64,000 nt of DNA from Bacteroidota bacterium (lineage in GTDB: Bacteria > Bacteroidota > Rhodothermia > Rhodothermales > UBA10348), in the NCBI GenBank assembly GCA_029262835.1, contig JAJCYQ010000095.1, forward strand, positions 4,625 through 68,624, in the 5' to 3' direction. Shown in pieces: positions 1 to 8,568 of this stretch. Under the pieces are notes generated by a model. That model was not told where the DNA came from, made no database searches, and saw nothing but the letters and a program-made list of their open reading frames with translations. A program made the translations under genes and the position numbers. Position 1 is the first letter of the stretch, and each line of letters starts with the position of its first letter.

Positions 1-100
1 TAAAGAGGAAAAGTATCGGGCCTGGGGTCATGCGCCGCGCTTCAACACGCTCTTAATGGATGGTTGCCGGTCGGAAAAGCCGCGTTAATGAAGCGGCGAC

Positions 101-136
101 AAAAAAAGCGCGCGGCTCCATGTGGAGCCGCGCGCT
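101..136 (-). terminator. Rho-independent terminator downstream of tRNA-fMet
   Basis: Perfect 14-bp GC-rich inverted repeat (107-120 AGCGCGCGGCTCCA / 123-136 TGGAGCCGCGCGCT, 2-nt loop). It is followed on the minus strand by a 7-nt U tract (A101-A107) and starts 5 nt 3' of the tRNA. Confidence 0.8.
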
Positions 137-141
137 TGTAG

Positions 142-214
142 TAGCGGGGGCAGGATTCGAACCTGCGACCTTCGGGTTATGAGCCCGATGAGCTACCAGC
201 TGCTCCACCCCGCG
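142..214 (-). tRNA. Initiator tRNA-fMet (anticodon CAT)
   Basis: The reverse complement reads CGCGGGG TG GAGC AGCTGGTA GCTC A TCGGG CTCATAA CCCGA AGGTC GCAGG TTCGAAT CCTGC CCCCGCT A, a full cloverleaf with a CAT anticodon. Three consecutive G:C pairs close the anticodon stem, and position 1:72 is a C:U mismatch. Both are bacterial initiator hallmarks, and the sequence is near-identical in pattern to E. coli tRNA-fMet. CCA is not encoded. Confidence 0.95.
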
Positions 215-225
215 ATTGAACCTCC

Positions 226-254
226 ATATTACGGAATTTTAAACCGGAAAACAA
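226..254 (-). promoter_or_regulatory. Candidate sigma70-type promoter for tRNA-fMet
   Basis: On the minus strand: TTGTTT (254-249), 17-nt spacer, TAATAT (231-226). The -10 element ends 11 nt upstream of tRNA position 1. Confidence 0.4.
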
Positions 255-376
255 CGCCAGCGCCGATTGAAGACCTTGAAGATTCCGTCTGGAAACGTGG
301 CGATTGACAGGCAGAATTGTATTTTCATTCCGTGCCCGCTATTCATGTCCGTACGACCAATCATTGACGGTATTCC

Positions 377-1585
377 ATGGCCATTCTGCATCCATTCAGA
401 GCGCTCCGACCCGTACCGGAGAAGGCGGCCGAAGTCGCCTGTGTTCCATACGACGTTATCAACTCGGATGAAGCGCGGTATCTCGCCGAGGGAAAACCCC
501 TCAGCTTCCTGCACGTCATCCGGCCCGAGATTGACCTGCCGGAGGGGACGGACGAGCACGATGACCAGGTCTACGCGAAAGGCGCTGAAAATCTGCGCTC
601 CTATCGGCACTCCGCCTTTTCCCAGACGGACGCCGAGCCGTCGGTCTACGTGTACCAGCTCGGGATGGGCGGACGCACCCAGACTGGTGTTTTCGCCTGC
701 GTCGCGACGAGCGATTATGACGAGGACGTGATTTTGAAGCACGAACGCACGCGGCCCGACAAGGAAGACGACCGGACGCGGCACATCGTAGAGCAGAAGG
801 CGCACGCCGAGCCTGTCATGCTGACCTACAAGGATGATGAAGCCACTCCGGCCCTGATTGCCGAGGTGAGGCGCGCCGAACCTCTGTACGACATCACCTT
901 TGACGACGGCGTGCGCCACACCATCTGGAAGTCGTCCAGCCCCGACGCCTTCGTGGAGGCTTTCCGCCGCATCCCGAATCTGTACGTGGCGGACGGGCAT
1001 CATCGCTGCAAGGCCGCGAGCCGCGCCGCAGAGGAAGTCGGAGGTGATCCGTCGGCCGAGGCTCGCTTTTTCCCAGCCGTACTGTTTCCGATCAGCGAAG
1101 TGGCCATCCTGCCGTATAACCGCGTCATCCACACGTTGCCCGGGGGAAGCGAAGCGTTTCTCAATGCACTCCGGTCCCGGTCCGACCTGACGCCGGATGC
1201 CGATCCGACCCCCGCAGAAAAAGGTCAGATCTCGCTGTTCATCCGCGGCACGTGGTACGGCATGACGCTGCCCGAGGCGGGCCCCGGTGCCAGCTCGGTC
1301 GAGAGACTGGATGTGGGTCGGCTGACGAGCTCGATCCTGGAGCCACTGCTCGGCATTACCGACCCCCGTACGGACCCGAACATCGATTTTGTGGGCGGTA
1401 TCCGCGGAACGAAGGCGCTCGAGCAGCGCGTGACAAGCGGTGCGTCCGAGCTTGCTGTTTCCATGTACGCCACAGATATACAGGAACTCGTAGATGTTTC
1501 TGATGAGGGACTCCTGATGCCTCCCAAGTCCACCTGGTTCGAGCCGAAACTGCGCAGCGGTTTCCTTGTCCATCTCTTTGATTGA
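377..1585 (+). CDS. DUF1015 family protein (function unknown)
   Basis: 402-aa ORF. The N-terminus MAILHPFRALRP... and the overall pattern match my recollection of the DUF1015 family. The stop overlaps or abuts the serA start region. Confidence 0.7.
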   Translation: MAILHPFRALRPVPEKAAEVACVPYDVINSDEARYLAEGKPLSFLHVIRPEIDLPEGTDEHDDQVYAKGAENLRSYRHSAFSQTDAEPSVYVYQLGMGGRTQTGVFACVATSDYDEDVILKHERTRPDKEDDRTRHIVEQKAHAEPVMLTYKDDEATPALIAEVRRAEPLYDITFDDGVRHTIWKSSSPDAFVEAFRRIPNLYVADGHHRCKAASRAAEEVGGDPSAEARFFPAVLFPISEVAILPYNRVIHTLPGGSEAFLNALRSRSDLTPDADPTPAEKGQISLFIRGTWYGMTLPEAGPGASSVERLDVGRLTSSILEPLLGITDPRTDPNIDFVGGIRGTKALEQRVTSGASELAVSMYATDIQELVDVSDEGLLMPPKSTWFEPKLRSGFLVHLFD

Positions 1586-1599
1586 TTATACCCCATACC

Positions 1600-2802
1600 A
1601 TGCGCGTCCTACTTGCTGACAAACTGTCTGATCAGGTTCTTTCCCTGTTGAATACGGCCGGGCTCACGGTCATAAACGAACCCTCGCTCTCGGGCGATGC
1701 GCTCACGGCCGCGCTCGGCCAGCACGCCCCGCATGTCCTGGTGGTGCGCTCGACGAAGGTGTTGGCGGCTGACATAGCGGCCTCAAGCGCCCTGGAACTC
1801 ATTGTGCGTGCTGGCGCGGGCTACGATACGATTGACGTCGACGCGGCGTCAGCTGCCGGCGTCTTCGTGGCCAACTGTCCCGGCAAGAATGCTGTGGCCG
1901 TGGCAGAACTCGCGATCGGCATGCTGCTCTCGCTCGACAGGCTACTGCCCGACAATGTGATGGATGCCCGGCAGGGCGTCTGGAACAAGAGCCGTTACGC
2001 GAAAGCTGCCGGCCTGAAGGGAAGAACGCTCGGGGTCATCGGCCTTGGAAACATTGGCATGGAGGTTATCAGGAGAGCCAAGGCGCTTGAGATGCATATC
2101 GTGGCGTGGTCGCGTTCATTGACCGATGAGCGCGCACGGGAAATGGGCGTTCTCCGTGTCGATTCGCCCATCGAGGTGGCCGCTCGCGCCGATGCCGTCA
2201 CGCTCCACGTGGCATCGACGCCCGACACGCACAAGCTGGCGAACGCCGCCTTTTTTGGCGCCATGAAACCGGGAGCGTTCTTCATCAACACCACGAGGGC
2301 GGCGGTAGTAGATGAAGATGCACTCGTGAACGCCATTCGCGACAAGGGGGTACGCGCATTTCTGGACGTGTTCTCCGACGAACCCTCGTTCAAGGAGGGG
2401 ACCTTCTCGCACGCGCTGGCCGAGCATCCATCCGTGTACCTTTCCCACCATATCGGTGCATCGACGGCCGAGGCCCAGGAAGCCATTGCCCAGGAGGCCG
2501 CGCGCGTGATTACCGAGTACGCGTCGAAGGGAGAGGTCCCGAACTGCGTCAACCTGGCCACTCAGTCACCGGCTACGCACCAACTCACCGTTCGGCACAA
2601 GGATCGTGTGGGCGTGCTCGCCGCTGTGCTCGACGCCATGCGGAGTGCAGGTTGGAATATCCAGGAAATGGAAAATGTGATTTTTGACGGGGCAAAAGCT
2701 GCCTGCGCCTACATCCGATTTGACGGCGATGTGGATACTTCAGTCATAGACCGGATTTCCGGGCTTGAACACGTACTCGCTGTCAGCCATATCGAACTAT
2801 AA
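1600..2802 (+). CDS. serA: D-3-phosphoglycerate dehydrogenase
   Basis: D-2-hydroxyacid dehydrogenase fold with NAD motif GVIGLGNIGMEV and the catalytic-region SHHIGAST. A C-terminal ACT-like regulatory domain is present. I prefer the ATG at 1600 over the TTG at 1582 in the ORF track. It sits immediately upstream of serC. Confidence 0.9.
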   Translation: MRVLLADKLSDQVLSLLNTAGLTVINEPSLSGDALTAALGQHAPHVLVVRSTKVLAADIAASSALELIVRAGAGYDTIDVDAASAAGVFVANCPGKNAVAVAELAIGMLLSLDRLLPDNVMDARQGVWNKSRYAKAAGLKGRTLGVIGLGNIGMEVIRRAKALEMHIVAWSRSLTDERAREMGVLRVDSPIEVAARADAVTLHVASTPDTHKLANAAFFGAMKPGAFFINTTRAAVVDEDALVNAIRDKGVRAFLDVFSDEPSFKEGTFSHALAEHPSVYLSHHIGASTAEAQEAIAQEAARVITEYASKGEVPNCVNLATQSPATHQLTVRHKDRVGVLAAVLDAMRSAGWNIQEMENVIFDGAKAACAYIRFDGDVDTSVIDRISGLEHVLAVSHIEL

Positions 2803-2804
2803 CC

Positions 2805-3884
2805 ATGAAACGACTCCATAATTTTTCTGCGGGCCCAGGTGCCCTTCCCGTATCGGTCCTCGAAGAAGCCCAGCAGGAAATGCTGGTCTATGGCGGGGCG
2901 GGCGCATCTATCATGGAAATCAGTCACCGTTCACCAGAATATACCGCTGTGGCGGACTCGGCCAGGCACCAACTCACCGCGTTGCTTGGGCTTGGTGATG
3001 ACTGGCACGTCCTGTTCCTGCAGGGGGGGGCGTCGCTTCAGTTTTACCAGACGGCACTCAATTTCCTGTCGGATGGCCAAACCGCCGATTATGTCAACAC
3101 AGGTTCCTGGTCGAAAAAGGCCATTGCCGAAGCGCGTCGGGTTGGTGATGTGAATGTAGCCGCCTCGAGCGCCGACGACAATTTCTCCCACATTCCGCCC
3201 GTGGCGTCATGGGCCCATTCGAAGCGGCCTGCTTACGTACACATCACGTCGAACAATACCATTTTCGGGACCCAGTTCCAGGAAGACCCCGTGTCGGCAC
3301 CGGCACCCGTCATCTGTGACGCCAGCTCCGACTTCCTCTCGCGGCCCATGGACCTCACGCCGTACAGCGTGATCTACGCCGGAGCGCAGAAAAATATCGG
3401 ACCAGCAGGTGTTACCGTTGTGCTTATCCGGAAGTCGTTCCTGGAGCAGGCATCACAGAAAGATCTGCCGACCATGCTCGACTACCGCGTGCACGCCGAA
3501 AAGCTCTTCAACACGCCGCCGGTCTTCGCTGTATACATGGTCGAAAAAGTCCTGCGATGGATAGCGGGCGAGGGAGGACTGCTCGGCATGAAATCCCGCA
3601 ACGAAGAAAAGGCCGCCCTCCTCTACGAACGCATTGACCGGACCGATTTCTACCGAGGTACGGCGCGGCCGGACTCCCGGTCGAAAATGAACGTCACCTT
3701 CCGCCTTCCGAGCGAAGAACTGGAGTCGGCGTTCATTGCCGACGCGAAGAAAGAAGGGCTCGTTGCGCTGAAGGGACATCGCAGTGCCGGTGGCATTCGG
3801 GCATCGATCTACAATGCGTGTGAGCTTTCGTCCGTAGAGGCGCTTGTAGGTTTCATGACCGATTTCGAGAAGAAAAACGGCTGA
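2805..3884 (+). CDS. serC: Phosphoserine aminotransferase
   Basis: 359-aa ORF with N-terminal NFSAGPGALP and the PLP-lysine motif GAQKNIGPAGVTVV, both typical of SerC. Confidence 0.93.
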   Translation: MKRLHNFSAGPGALPVSVLEEAQQEMLVYGGAGASIMEISHRSPEYTAVADSARHQLTALLGLGDDWHVLFLQGGASLQFYQTALNFLSDGQTADYVNTGSWSKKAIAEARRVGDVNVAASSADDNFSHIPPVASWAHSKRPAYVHITSNNTIFGTQFQEDPVSAPAPVICDASSDFLSRPMDLTPYSVIYAGAQKNIGPAGVTVVLIRKSFLEQASQKDLPTMLDYRVHAEKLFNTPPVFAVYMVEKVLRWIAGEGGLLGMKSRNEEKAALLYERIDRTDFYRGTARPDSRSKMNVTFRLPSEELESAFIADAKKEGLVALKGHRSAGGIRASIYNACELSSVEALVGFMTDFEKKNG

Positions 3885-4020
3885 CAGCCCTGTCGTGGCG
3901 CACGTCCGTAGGCGCGTAAGGTATTCCCCGTCATCCTCGTAATCGGTTACGTGCATTGCACAAGTCGTTCGCGGCTTTGTATATACGTACCGTTCCGATT
4001 AACAGACGTTGTGAGGATGT

Positions 4021-5154
4021 ATGGCCTGGTCGCTGGGAGTCCCCAAGGAGTCACTGCCGGGAGAGCGCCTCGTTGCGCTCGTTCCCGATGTGGTGCGCAG
4101 ATTGGTCAAAGAAGGTGCCACGGTGCACGTCGAATCGGGTGCGGGCGATGGCGCCCACATTCCTGACAGCGCGTTCGTCGATGCCGGCGCGTCGATCACG
4201 GACCGAGCGGGCGCCTTCGCGTCGGACGTTCTGGTGAAAGTGCAGCCGCCAACAGACGAAGAAATTGCCCTCATGAAGCAGGGCGGTGCGTACATCGGCT
4301 TCATGCGTCCGCTGGATGCGCCGGACCGCGCCCGCCAACTCGCCGCGCATGGAACGACCGCGCTCGCCATGGAACTCGTCCCGCGCATATCGCGGGCGCA
4401 GAAAATGGATGCCCTCTCCGCGCTGTCATCCATCGGCGGATACCGCGCCGTTATCATGGCGGCCTCACAACTGCCTAAATTTTTTCCGCTCCTGACGACG
4501 GCGGCCGGCACGGTCCGGCCCTCGAACGTACTCGTACTCGGTGCGGGTGTCGCCGGGCTGCAGGCCATTGCAACGGCCAGACGACTGGGAGCGCGCGTTT
4601 CGGCCTACGATATCCGCGATGCGGCGAAGGAGGAGGTCATGAGTCTGGGCGCCCAGTTCGTCGAACTGGAGATCGAGATGGGCGACATGCAGGACGCCGG
4701 CGGCTATGCGAAAGCGCTCGCCGAAGAGAAGGCGAAGCAGCAGGTGAAACTGCTCGTGCCACATATCGGAAAATCTGACGTGGTCGTTTCGACGGCCCTC
4801 ATTCCGGGACGCCCGGCGCCGCTGCTCGTATCGGAAGCCGCTGTCCAGGCCATGGCACCTGGTAGCGTGATCGTCGATATGGCGGCAGCGAATGGAGGCA
4901 ACTGTGAGCTTACGAAACCAGGCGAGACGGTGGTAGCGCACGGTGTTACGGTTATTGGAGCTACGAACCTGCCGGCCGACATGCCCATCCACGCCAGTGA
5001 GTTGTACGCCAGGACCCTGCTGGCCATGCTCCTGGATTTCACAGACGAAAGCGGGTTCACCGAAAATCCGGACGACGAAGTCTTCTCTGGAAGCTGCGTA
5101 TGCCGAGGTGGCGAGGTGGTCAATGAACGTGTCAAAAAGCTGCTCGAATCATGA
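4021..5154 (+). CDS. pntAA: NAD(P) transhydrogenase subunit alpha, part 1 (dI)
   Basis: AlaDH/PNT N- and C-domains with NAD motif VLVLGAGVAGLQA. The junction with the next ORF is an ATGA overlap. Confidence 0.92.
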   Translation: MAWSLGVPKESLPGERLVALVPDVVRRLVKEGATVHVESGAGDGAHIPDSAFVDAGASITDRAGAFASDVLVKVQPPTDEEIALMKQGGAYIGFMRPLDAPDRARQLAAHGTTALAMELVPRISRAQKMDALSALSSIGGYRAVIMAASQLPKFFPLLTTAAGTVRPSNVLVLGAGVAGLQAIATARRLGARVSAYDIRDAAKEEVMSLGAQFVELEIEMGDMQDAGGYAKALAEEKAKQQVKLLVPHIGKSDVVVSTALIPGRPAPLLVSEAAVQAMAPGSVIVDMAAANGGNCELTKPGETVVAHGVTVIGATNLPADMPIHASELYARTLLAMLLDFTDESGFTENPDDEVFSGSCVCRGGEVVNERVKKLLES

Positions 5155-5426
5155 TTGAAAACCTGATAATCTTCGTATTGGCATCGTTCATAGGGCGGGA
5201 AGTGATTTCCAAGGTGCCCCAGACGTTGCATACACCGCTCATGTCCGGATCGAATGCGATCTCGGGGATCACTATTGTCGGAGCGCTCGTGGTCGCAGGC
5301 ATGGTAGGTGATCCGTGGGCTATGTGGATCGGTGTGGCAGCCCTCATTTTTGCCACAATCAACGTCGTGGGTGGCTTCCTGGTAACGGACCGGATGCTGC
5401 AGATGTTCAAGAAAAAGGAGCAGTAA
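5151..5426 (+). CDS. pntAB: NAD(P) transhydrogenase subunit alpha, part 2 (membrane)
   Basis: 91-aa hydrophobic protein between pntAA and pntB, as in split-alpha transhydrogenases. Confidence 0.88.
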   Translation: MIENLIIFVLASFIGREVISKVPQTLHTPLMSGSNAISGITIVGALVVAGMVGDPWAMWIGVAALIFATINVVGGFLVTDRMLQMFKKKEQ

Positions 5427-5430
5427 CACC

Positions 5431-6855
5431 ATGAAGCAAGCCATTATTGACCTGTCCTATCTTGTCTCTGCCATTCTTTTCATCTACGGACTGAAGCGTC
5501 TCCAGTCACCGGCTACGGCCCGGCAGGGGAACCAGTTGGCAGCTCTCGGCATGCTGGTCGCCGTCGTAGCCACGCTCTTCATGCAGGAAATCCTGACACC
5601 CGCGCAAATGCTGCTCGGCGTTGTCGTGGGTGGTGGAATTGGTGCCATCATGGCGCGGCGCGTGCAGATGACGGGCATGCCGGAACTCGTGGCCGCGTTC
5701 AACGGCTTCGGAGGCATTGCCTCGACCCTGGTTGCGGGCGCGGAAATAGCCCACATCATGGCCATCGGAGAGGGCATGCTCGGCGTGGTGACCGCGATTA
5801 CGATTGCACTGTCCATACTGATCGGCACCGTCACGTTCACAGGCAGCTTTGTGGCGTTCGGTAAGCTCTCGGGCCGCGTTTCGGGTAATCCGATCTCGTT
5901 TCCCGGCATGCGTCTCATGACGCTCCTGCTTGTGGCAGCCGTCGTGGGCGGTGCCGCCTGGATGGTTATCGGCGCCGCCGACTTTCCGGTCGTAGCCGAT
6001 CCGGTGGTGCTCGGCGCTCTCGTCGTAGCTGGTGCGGCCCTCCTTCTGGGTATACTGCTCGTTATTCCGATTGGCGGCGCTGACATGCCGGTCGTTGTGG
6101 CGCTTCTCAACTCGTATTCAGGATTGGCAGCTGCCGCCACTGGTTTTGTGCTTGACAACACGGTTCTTATCGTATCGGGCGCGCTGGTGGGTGCATCGGG
6201 CCTCATTCTGACCAACATCATGTGCGTGGCCATGAACCGTTCCCTGCTGAACGTACTGGTCGGTGGCTTTGGTGGGGATTCCGGTGACACGTCGACGGGC
6301 GCAGGTCCTGCGGCCGATATGGGCAGCGTGAATTCCACAACGGCCGACGACGTGGCCATCATGCTGGCCTATGCATCGAAAGTCATTTTCGTACCTGGAT
6401 ACGGCATGGCTGTGGCGCAGGCCCAGCACGCGGTGCGCGAATTGGCCGAGGAATTGGAGAAAAAAGGGGTGGACGTAAGGTTTGCCGTGCACCCGGTCGC
6501 TGGTCGCATGCCTGGACATATGAACGTGCTGCTGGCCGAAGCCAACGTATCGTACGACAAGCTCTTTGAGATGGACGAGATCAACGGCGAATTCGACACC
6601 ACGGACGTGGCTGTTGTCATCGGGGCAAACGATGTCGTAAACCCGGCGGCGCGGCACGACAAGGCCAGTCCCATCTACGGCATGCCCATTCTAAACGTCG
6701 ACCACGCCGCCACATCCATCGTACTCAAACGTTCCATGCGCCCGGGATACGCCGGCATTGACAACGAGTTGTTCTACAACTCCAACAACCAGATGCTCTT
6801 CGGCGACGCCAAGGAATCGATTTCAAACGTCGTGACCGAAGTCAAGGCGCTTTAG
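5431..6855 (+). CDS. pntB: NAD(P) transhydrogenase subunit beta
   Basis: 474 aa, with a multi-TM N-terminal part and a C-terminal dIII NADP(H) domain (GYGMAVAQAQH, VIGANDVVNPAA). Confidence 0.93.
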   Translation: MKQAIIDLSYLVSAILFIYGLKRLQSPATARQGNQLAALGMLVAVVATLFMQEILTPAQMLLGVVVGGGIGAIMARRVQMTGMPELVAAFNGFGGIASTLVAGAEIAHIMAIGEGMLGVVTAITIALSILIGTVTFTGSFVAFGKLSGRVSGNPISFPGMRLMTLLLVAAVVGGAAWMVIGAADFPVVADPVVLGALVVAGAALLLGILLVIPIGGADMPVVVALLNSYSGLAAAATGFVLDNTVLIVSGALVGASGLILTNIMCVAMNRSLLNVLVGGFGGDSGDTSTGAGPAADMGSVNSTTADDVAIMLAYASKVIFVPGYGMAVAQAQHAVRELAEELEKKGVDVRFAVHPVAGRMPGHMNVLLAEANVSYDKLFEMDEINGEFDTTDVAVVIGANDVVNPAARHDKASPIYGMPILNVDHAATSIVLKRSMRPGYAGIDNELFYNSNNQMLFGDAKESISNVVTEVKAL

Positions 6856-7144
6856 AAGCGTGTTGAATAAGTAGAGGATCTCTCGTTCGGAGCGCCATGA
6901 CAACAGATTCCAGGCGTCACGACGTCTGCGTAGCCATAGCTACGGATAGGCGTGACAACGCAGAAGATGTTGTCATGCCGCCCGAAGCCGAAGGGAGCGA
7001 GGGGGTTGCGGGCGAATACTGCATCATGGCTCCTCCACGATGCTACGGCATCGCGTCGTCGCCCGTCATTGGGCCGGTCCTCGGCCCACTACGCCTCGCA
7101 AGACCCTCGCTCGAGAGGCCCTCTACTTATTCAACACGCTTCTA
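6853..7144. repeat. 292-bp element bounded by perfect 25-bp terminal inverted repeats (MITE-like or structured RNA locus)
   Basis: 6853-6877 TAGAAGCGTGTTGAATAAGTAGAGG is the exact reverse complement of 7120-7144. The arms continue imperfectly to about 6890 and 7107. The interior holds nested hairpins: a 6892-6905/6968-6981 stem (13/14 bp) and a 7071-7076/7082-7087 stem (GGGCCG/CGGCCC). No credible ORF lies inside. Confidence 0.75.
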
Positions 7145-7878
7145 GAAGTCCTCACGACCGGCTCCAGTGCCTCCCACATGGTCTCGGCCATCACGCGGTG
7201 GCCTTCGGCCGTCGGGTGGATGCCGTCGTCCTGCATGCGATCCGGGACCAGTGCCACGTCTTCAAGAAGGAATGGCACGAGTTCCGTGTCATACTCCTCG
7301 GCAAGGCTGGGGAAAAGATCGCGAAACTGGGCGGTGTAATCTGTACCCAGGTTGGGGGGGACCTGCATGCCGGCCAGAATGATGCGAATGTCTGGATTCA
7401 TGCTCCGGCTCTTCTCGATGATACCAGCCAGGTTGCGGCGCGTTACGTCAAGGTCTATGCCGCGGAGCGCGTCGTTTCCCCCAAGTTCCAACACCAGGAT
7501 ATCGGTAGACGTACCGAGTACCCACTCGACGCGACTCAGGCCACCACTGCTCGTATCTCCCGAAACACCGGCATTCACGACCCGGGCGTCGATCCCCAGG
7601 GAGTCCAAACGCTCCTGAATGAGGTAGACGAAACCTTCTTCTTCCGGTAGCCCGTAGGCGGCCGAGATGCTGTCACCAAGGAATACGATCCGGATGGCCG
7701 AGGATGCCTGCTTTCCTTCCGCCGGTGCCCCCGGCGGCGGCAGTGCCTTTGTACTGCCTGCGGGAGGCGTCCCTCGATCCGTCCGTTGATCGGAATTATT
7801 GGAACATCCGACAAGCAGGAGAACCCCAGCGAGGAAAATCCCGTAGTGAGTGTTCTTTTCAGGGTTCAGTGTAAACAT
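7123..7878 (-). CDS. tesA: SGNH/GDSL arylesterase-thioesterase (TesA-like), lipoprotein
   Basis: SGNH blocks are present: FLGDSISAAYG, GGNDALRG and DGIHPT. The N-terminal signal peptide carries the lipobox LLVGC. It is divergent from a ybbA/ybbP-like ABC pair, as in E. coli tesA-ybbA-ybbP. Confidence 0.85.
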   Translation of the reverse strand: MFTLNPEKNTHYGIFLAGVLLLVGCSNNSDQRTDRGTPPAGSTKALPPPGAPAEGKQASSAIRIVFLGDSISAAYGLPEEEGFVYLIQERLDSLGIDARVVNAGVSGDTSSGGLSRVEWVLGTSTDILVLELGGNDALRGIDLDVTRRNLAGIIEKSRSMNPDIRIILAGMQVPPNLGTDYTAQFRDLFPSLAEEYDTELVPFLLEDVALVPDRMQDDGIHPTAEGHRVMAETMWEALEPVVRTSRSVLNK

Positions 7879-8568
7879 ATGGCTGTGGTTCTCTCTGTCA
7901 GGGATCTGACAAAAACGTTCAAGAGTGGCTCCAGGAGCCTCACCGTACTCGATTCCGTCTCTTTTGATCTGGAGGAAGGGGATACTTTTTCAATCGTGGG
8001 ACCTTCGGGAAGCGGCAAAACAACGCTGCTTGGACTCTGCGCTGGTCTTGATGGCCCCACGAGGGGATCCATTTCCCTGTGCGGGCATGACATGGGGAGT
8101 CTCGGTGAGGACGAGCGGGCCCGCGTCCGTAATGAGCACGTCGGGTTCGTATTCCAGTCGTTCCGCCTCTTGCCGACGCTGACCGCCCTTGAGAACGTAA
8201 TGGTGCCGGCCGAGCTGCGCGGCCGGCGCGGTATTGTGGATGGCGCCCGGGATCTGCTGGCGGAAGTCGGGCTCGGAGACCGCCTCGGTCACTATCCAAC
8301 GCAGCTCTCGGGCGGCGAGCAGCAGCGGGTCGCGCTGGCACGGGCGTTCATCAACAAACCGGATATCCTGTTTGCAGATGAACCCACTGGAAACCTGGAT
8401 GCAGAGACGAGTGCTCATCTCGAAGAAATCATGTTCCGTCTCAATCGCACGGCAGGCACAACGCTCGTCCTTGTCACGCACGACGCTGAGCTGGCGTCGC
8501 GCACCGGACGCATATTGCGGCTCAGAGGCGGCAAGGCGGTGGAGCAGGAGGTCGTCCCAGCGCCATGA
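7879..8568 (+). CDS. ybbA: ABC transporter ATP-binding protein (YbbA/LolD-like)
   Basis: Walker [10 protein letters not shown], signature LSGGEQQRV and Walker [10 protein letters not shown] chose the start at ATG 7879, because the upstream part of the 7786 ORF overlaps tesA. Confidence 0.85.
   Translation: MAVVLSVRDLTKTFKSGSRSLTVLDSVSFDLEEGDTFSIVGPSGSGKTTLLGLCAGLDGPTRGSISLCGHDMGSLGEDERARVRNEHVGFVFQSFRLLPTLTALENVMVPAELRGRRGIVDGARDLLAEVGLGDRLGHYPTQLSGGEQQRVALARAFINKPDILFADEPTGNLDAETSAHLEEIMFRLNRTAGTTLVLVTHDAELASRTGRILRLRGGKAVEQEVVPAP

Noticed and set aside
122-307. 61-aa ORF overlapping tRNA-fMet.
   Set aside because: It is fully explained by the tRNA gene and its promoter region on the opposite strand, and the translation is implausible.
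304-332. TTGACA at 304-309 as the -35 of a promoter for the DUF1015-serA-serC operon.
   Set aside because: No acceptable -10 hexamer lies at 16-18 nt spacing (ATTCCG/CATTCC). The nearby TATTTT is only 10 nt away. I could not support a promoter call.
239-1573. 444-aa ORF antisense to the DUF1015 gene. Similar long antisense ORFs occur at 14354-15862 (vs ileS), 27359-28267 (vs the channel gene), 31276-32805 (vs M14), 33213-34286 (vs crotonase), 40412-41647 (vs parE), 54630-55751 (vs guaB) and 60006-60950 (vs pnp).
   Set aside because: Each lies opposite a gene with unmistakable conserved motifs. Their translations are Arg/Gly/Pro/His-rich with no recognisable domains. Long stop-free antisense frames are expected in GC-rich DNA, so they are treated as shadow ORFs.
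1582-1599. Extended N-terminal starts offered by the ORF track: 1582 serA, 7786 ybbA-like, 11038 yggS, 13406 ileS, 16933 lspA, 24049 hypothetical, 27134 L,D-transpeptidase, 28681 SDR, 30682 M14, 34159 hypothetical, 45539 TerB-like, 63840 ribF.
   Set aside because: Each extension overlaps the preceding gene or adds residues with no signal-peptide or family similarity. An internal ATG/GTG that immediately follows the upstream stop, or precedes a signal peptide or conserved N-terminus, fits better.
6897-7650. ORFs 6897-7145 (82 aa) and 6952-7650 (232 aa) inside or across the inverted-repeat element.
   Set aside because: They have low-complexity, motif-free translations. The larger one is mostly antisense to tesA. 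The region is better explained as a non-coding structured or repeat element.
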